From the NCBI GenBank assembly GCA_950097015.1, contig CATNEN010000039.1:4216001-4280000 (forward strand): a DNA stretch of 64,000 nt, written 5' to 3'. The stretch's first letter is position 1; every line of letters starts with the position of its first letter. The DNA is from Macrostomum hystrix (lineage: Eukaryota; Animalia; Platyhelminthes). The position numbers and the translations under genes were made by a program. Below the pieces are notes generated by a model. That model saw only the letters and a list, made by a program, of their open reading frames with translations. It had not been told where the DNA came from and made no database searches. Of this stretch, positions 60,282-64,000 are shown one piece after another.

Positions 60282-62838
60282 GAACTCATCAGCTGTTCCA
60301 GCCCAACCAGCGACTACGAAACACAAGGCAAAACCTGCTTCCACCACTGCACCTGCAGCTGCAATCGCAACAATCGCCGTGACTTCTGATGATGTTTCTT
60401 CAATTCATCGCAGTAATGAGCGTGGCGGAAATCGCTGCAGCTACTGCCACCAGGCCTTCATAGATCCGCGTCGAATGCCCTGCTGTGGTGGGGACTTCTG
60501 CGCGCCCTGCTTAGTGGCACTGCTGGATGCTCGAACCCGCGACCTTATCTGTCCATGCTGCAGCCTTTCCAACGGCGCTTTGGAGCCGCTGTTTTTACCG
60601 AGGTCGCATCAAGCACCAGATTTACGTCATCAGGATGATGCCGATTGCATCACTAGCCTGCGCCTCTCGGGCCTGTTCGTCCCGATGACGGCTAAATCCA
60701 GCCCTGATGTACTTATTAGTCATATCAATGTTACACCGGCTGCACATCAGATGTCATCGTCTGTTAGTGCCCCATCGTCGCAGCGAACTGCCCTCGCTAA
60801 TGTGAGTTGACTGTTTAGAATTCAAAGTTATAGATAGTAGTATATATATGATAGTTAAAAGCATTGTTTCGATGAGAACTCCAAACTAAAAAACAAAGCG
60901 TAAAATTAAAATTTTCTCCTAGCTTGCTCATTGCGTGGAAACCAACAGTCCTTAAAAAGCTTTCTAATTGTTGAAGCTGTTGAAACACGGAACAAAAAAC
61001 TCGTTCAAAGGACAGAGCTAATCTTAACGACAAATATAACATAATCAAGAATGGGGTGGGTGACAAGCAGAAGGGTAGAGCGTACATATAGGTAGGAGAA
61101 TAAAGTGCAGACTGACCGCGACTTTCAAGACAGAAAACATAACTTCACAACAAGCATAGCCTTGGTCCAGATGTAACAGCCAAACGCACAGCCGCAGCGT
61201 CTGTGCTGCGCTTCGAATGGCTGTGTACATTTATTCAGTCTATGGACTTAAGAAGGGGGCGCCACACCCACCAAAATCTCTGTGAGTGGATTATGGTATG
61301 CATTATAAAGCTAGATGAACAGAATCACTAAAGAATTTAGTTTTGCGTGTACTTAAATAGGGAAATTGGTTAGGGAAGTTACCCTATAAAATTTTGCAGG
61401 GGGGGCTGTGGCCACTGGCACGTCTTTTGGTGGTAGTAGACCCGCAACCAGTGTGGAGGCTGTACTGCCCATTTCGCTGACTCCTGAACACATGAACGCA
61501 CACAGTTACCGTACGCAGGCAGACACTCACAGGGGTGTACATCTGTTATGAATATTTCGTCGTCATACAGTGTACACTCTCACTGTGCCCTGGAGGTTGG
61601 ACCTCAAGCGCGTAAATTGCACGACAAGCCCCCAAGCCTTTTCTCCGTGGCTGCGCCCTAAATGAATGTGGTCTGCCCGCGGAATCGAGCTCAGGGACCA
61701 GGTGCAAGTCGGTGTGTGTGGCAGATGAGTTGTCTTTTCACAACGCTTTTTCACTTAACTCCCTGTTATCTTTACCTTTCTCTTTCAACTTCATCGCCAG
61801 CGCTCCAATTCAATCGTTGAGTTGCCTGCCGTTGCTCCGCCCGCCACCGGCAACAAGGCTGCAAACGGCTACCGGCGTTTTCGCACCGCCCACGGCGATA
61901 CACCCCTATCGATCGCCTGCTTTGACAACCGGTTCTACGTTGTTGAGCAGGATTCAGATCAGAACCGTGGATTAACAACTGCTGATGGCGCTTCTGGACG
62001 CCTGCGCTGCTACGACATCGTCAGCGGCCAGCGTCAGCAGCTGCAGAAAGACTTGGCCCAGCTAGCCGACATTCATCGAGTTCAAGTGACCAAAATCGGC
62101 GACTTTGGTCTTCTACTGGTGGTTCAACGCTGCGCCAACAGTCTTCGAGCTTACAAACTGCCGCACGGCAGTCTATTGTGGAAGCTCGACAGTGTCGACA
62201 CAGTTCCAGAACCGACTGACGCTGCTGCGTGGAAAAGTAACCATAGACTGGCAGTCTGTGTAGCGTGCCCAACAGCCGATTGTGTTCTGCTGGCGGCTTG
62301 TGGGCCGGACTTGACACCAGCGTGCTGGCGCAAACAGACTGGCTCCTCTGCTGGGTTCAAGCAGCCCGCTAGCTTGGCCTGGTGCGAATCTGCCAGCTTG
62401 ATGGCGGTGGCCTCTTTAACTGATGCAGCCACCCCTGGCGTTATCGTTCTCTGCGGCGTCGATTGCAGTGCTCGAGGAGAGCCTCTGTCTCTTACTCCGA
62501 TTAGGCGACTGACGTTCAACGCGTTGAAATCTTCTGGAATCCCTGACCAGCCATCCGCGACAATCTTTACTAGGCTGATGACCGCCTATCGGAATGGCGA
62601 TCTCCTTGTGCCCGCATTGCGTTTTCACGATGAAGCCTGTACTTTGCTGCACATTAGAATCACCAGCACTAACTCATCTACTGTCAGCATTGTCAAGGAC
62701 GCAAGCTTTGTGATTGGCTCAGTGACTTACCCGGCTGCCCTGTGCGCCAGCTCGCCTGCAGATGGCCATCAGGGAATTGTTGCACTCTGCGATGCCGCTG
62801 ATTCAACTGTGTTGGTCGTTGAGGGTAAAGACTGCTAA
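60282..62838 (+). CDS. RING finger + beta-propeller (NHL-like) protein (exons about 60282-60801 and 61801-62838); start not located
   Basis: CSYC-x11-CCGGDFCAPC-x13-CPCC RING; phase-0 splice to an exon with blade repeats (PLSIACFDNRFYVVE, PTDAAAW, FKQPASLAW, YPAALCA). Confidence 0.7.
61415..61725 (-). mobile_element. SINE family 2 copy in the RING-gene intron
   Basis: gtagacccgc...cccatttcgctgactcctga...cgtaaattgcacgacaagcccccaagcc matches the other copies. Confidence 0.75.
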
Positions 62839-63684
62839 AGCGAAAGTGCAGAGGCCGCTGATTCAACAGTGTTGGTAATTGGGGGTCCGGACTGCTATTG
62901 TGAGTTTCATTTTCATTTTCATATCTGTTTTTCATTCTCCGATGCCGATATAATTTTTCCTATTCTGAACGTGTATTTTCCATAAATTGTTTTCAACGTT
63001 GTCGTACGAATTTGGCTATTATTCCATAGCATTGAAGCCCTCTATTTTTTCAGTTCATTTTCTGATATAATTTTTACGTTTATTGGTGGTAGTTATTTAC
63101 AATTCTATATTGAACTTTAATTTAAAAATAGATTTCTTGCAAAAACAATTGCCTTACCAAATCACTGTTTCCTTTACTTTCATTACTTTGTCCGCATTGC
63201 ATTTTCAATATGTAACAATATATAACACTTCTAAAGCTTTCAAATTGCCCGTCGTTTTATAGTAGCTCGTACTGCCTTCATACTCTAGGCTTCGTACTGG
63301 TCTCGTATTGTTGTTAGTTGTCATCTATTTTCCATTAATAAAGTTTGTATTTCTAAATATACTCGTTGTTGTTCCACCTAGTGGGAAAGCATAGTTCTCT
63401 TAAAATAAAAAAGTAAAAGCGTGAGATGCAGCATTTTCTTGTGTCATGCATTTAACATGTTTAGTACTTGGACTAGTGTACAATCCCTAGTTTCTTGGTT
63501 TTTCAGAACTCGTCTTCCATACTAGACAGGTTAAAGAATTGTTACTATTTAAATTTAGTAGATATAAAAATATATAATTTAGCTTCCTTGCATTTCTTCT
63601 TTATTTAGGCTGCGTACGCTTTAGTTTAGGTGTAATAATCCTTCAAGAGTTACGTTTCGGCACCTACATACTACACTGTTTCAG

Positions 63685-64000
63685 TCCGGTGCCTCAGACC
63701 GGCAGAAAGCGCGCCAAGCGCTTCAACTGGATGTCCAGCGAAAGTTGGACGCCGCCAAGTCACTGCTGACGTTTATGGGGCCTGAGCCCTCGCCGCCCGA
63801 CGACTTGTTTGACCACCTGATTTTGGCTCTCGAGCGACGTCGGGCTGCTGTTAATTTAGAGCTGAAAAGCTGGCAGCAGAGACGGAACCGACTGCGGGAA
63901 GCTGTGCTGCAGGCCTCTGAAGCTGAGCAGTCAACCTGTTCGATCGCTCAGCTTGCATCTATTGAAGCAGGGCTAGGTGCTACTATTAACGAAGTAGTTA
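63685..64000 (+). CDS. Exon of a further TRIM-like coiled-coil protein, running off the window
   Basis: Open frame after ttcag: ALQLDVQRKLDAAKSLL...LFDHLILALERRRAAVNLEL, resembling the 57.8-kb exon. Confidence 0.5.

Overview
Eukaryotic, intron-containing animal DNA. GC-rich exons, intronic minisatellites, tRNA-derived SINEs and lectin/PAN genes resemble a free-living flatworm such as Macrostomum, but that attribution is inference. Housekeeping genes: the 3' half of TECPR1 (2.1-5.8 kb), MRPS34 (9.3-10.3 kb) and PRPF4 (49.2-56.2 kb). The main finding is three + strand paralogues that each encode TWO divergent STING-like cyclic-dinucleotide-binding domains in one chain, fused to TIR-like domains and with no visible transmembrane segment. 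Gene A (10.7-13.9 kb) is TIR-TIR-STING-TIR-STING. Genes B (32.4-34.4 kb) and C (36.8-38.8 kb) are TIR-STING-STING. The two STING halves differ at the canonical ligand-contact positions, suggesting a single-chain asymmetric sensor. B and C are near-identical in the STING cores but divergent in the TIR exons, linker and tail. Also present: an intact Tc1 (DD34E) transposase, a 1.9-kb 27/29-mer array, a 9.7-kb 14-mer array with higher-order structure, two SINE families, several MITEs, a decayed R1/LOA-like LINE, a frameshifted C-type lectin/PAN gene nested in a PRPF4 intron, and a cluster of RING/coiled-coil/beta-propeller (TRIM-NHL-like) genes at the right end. All domain calls are by-eye motif comparisons, and exon boundaries come from GT-AG sites with consistent phase. 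No searches were run.
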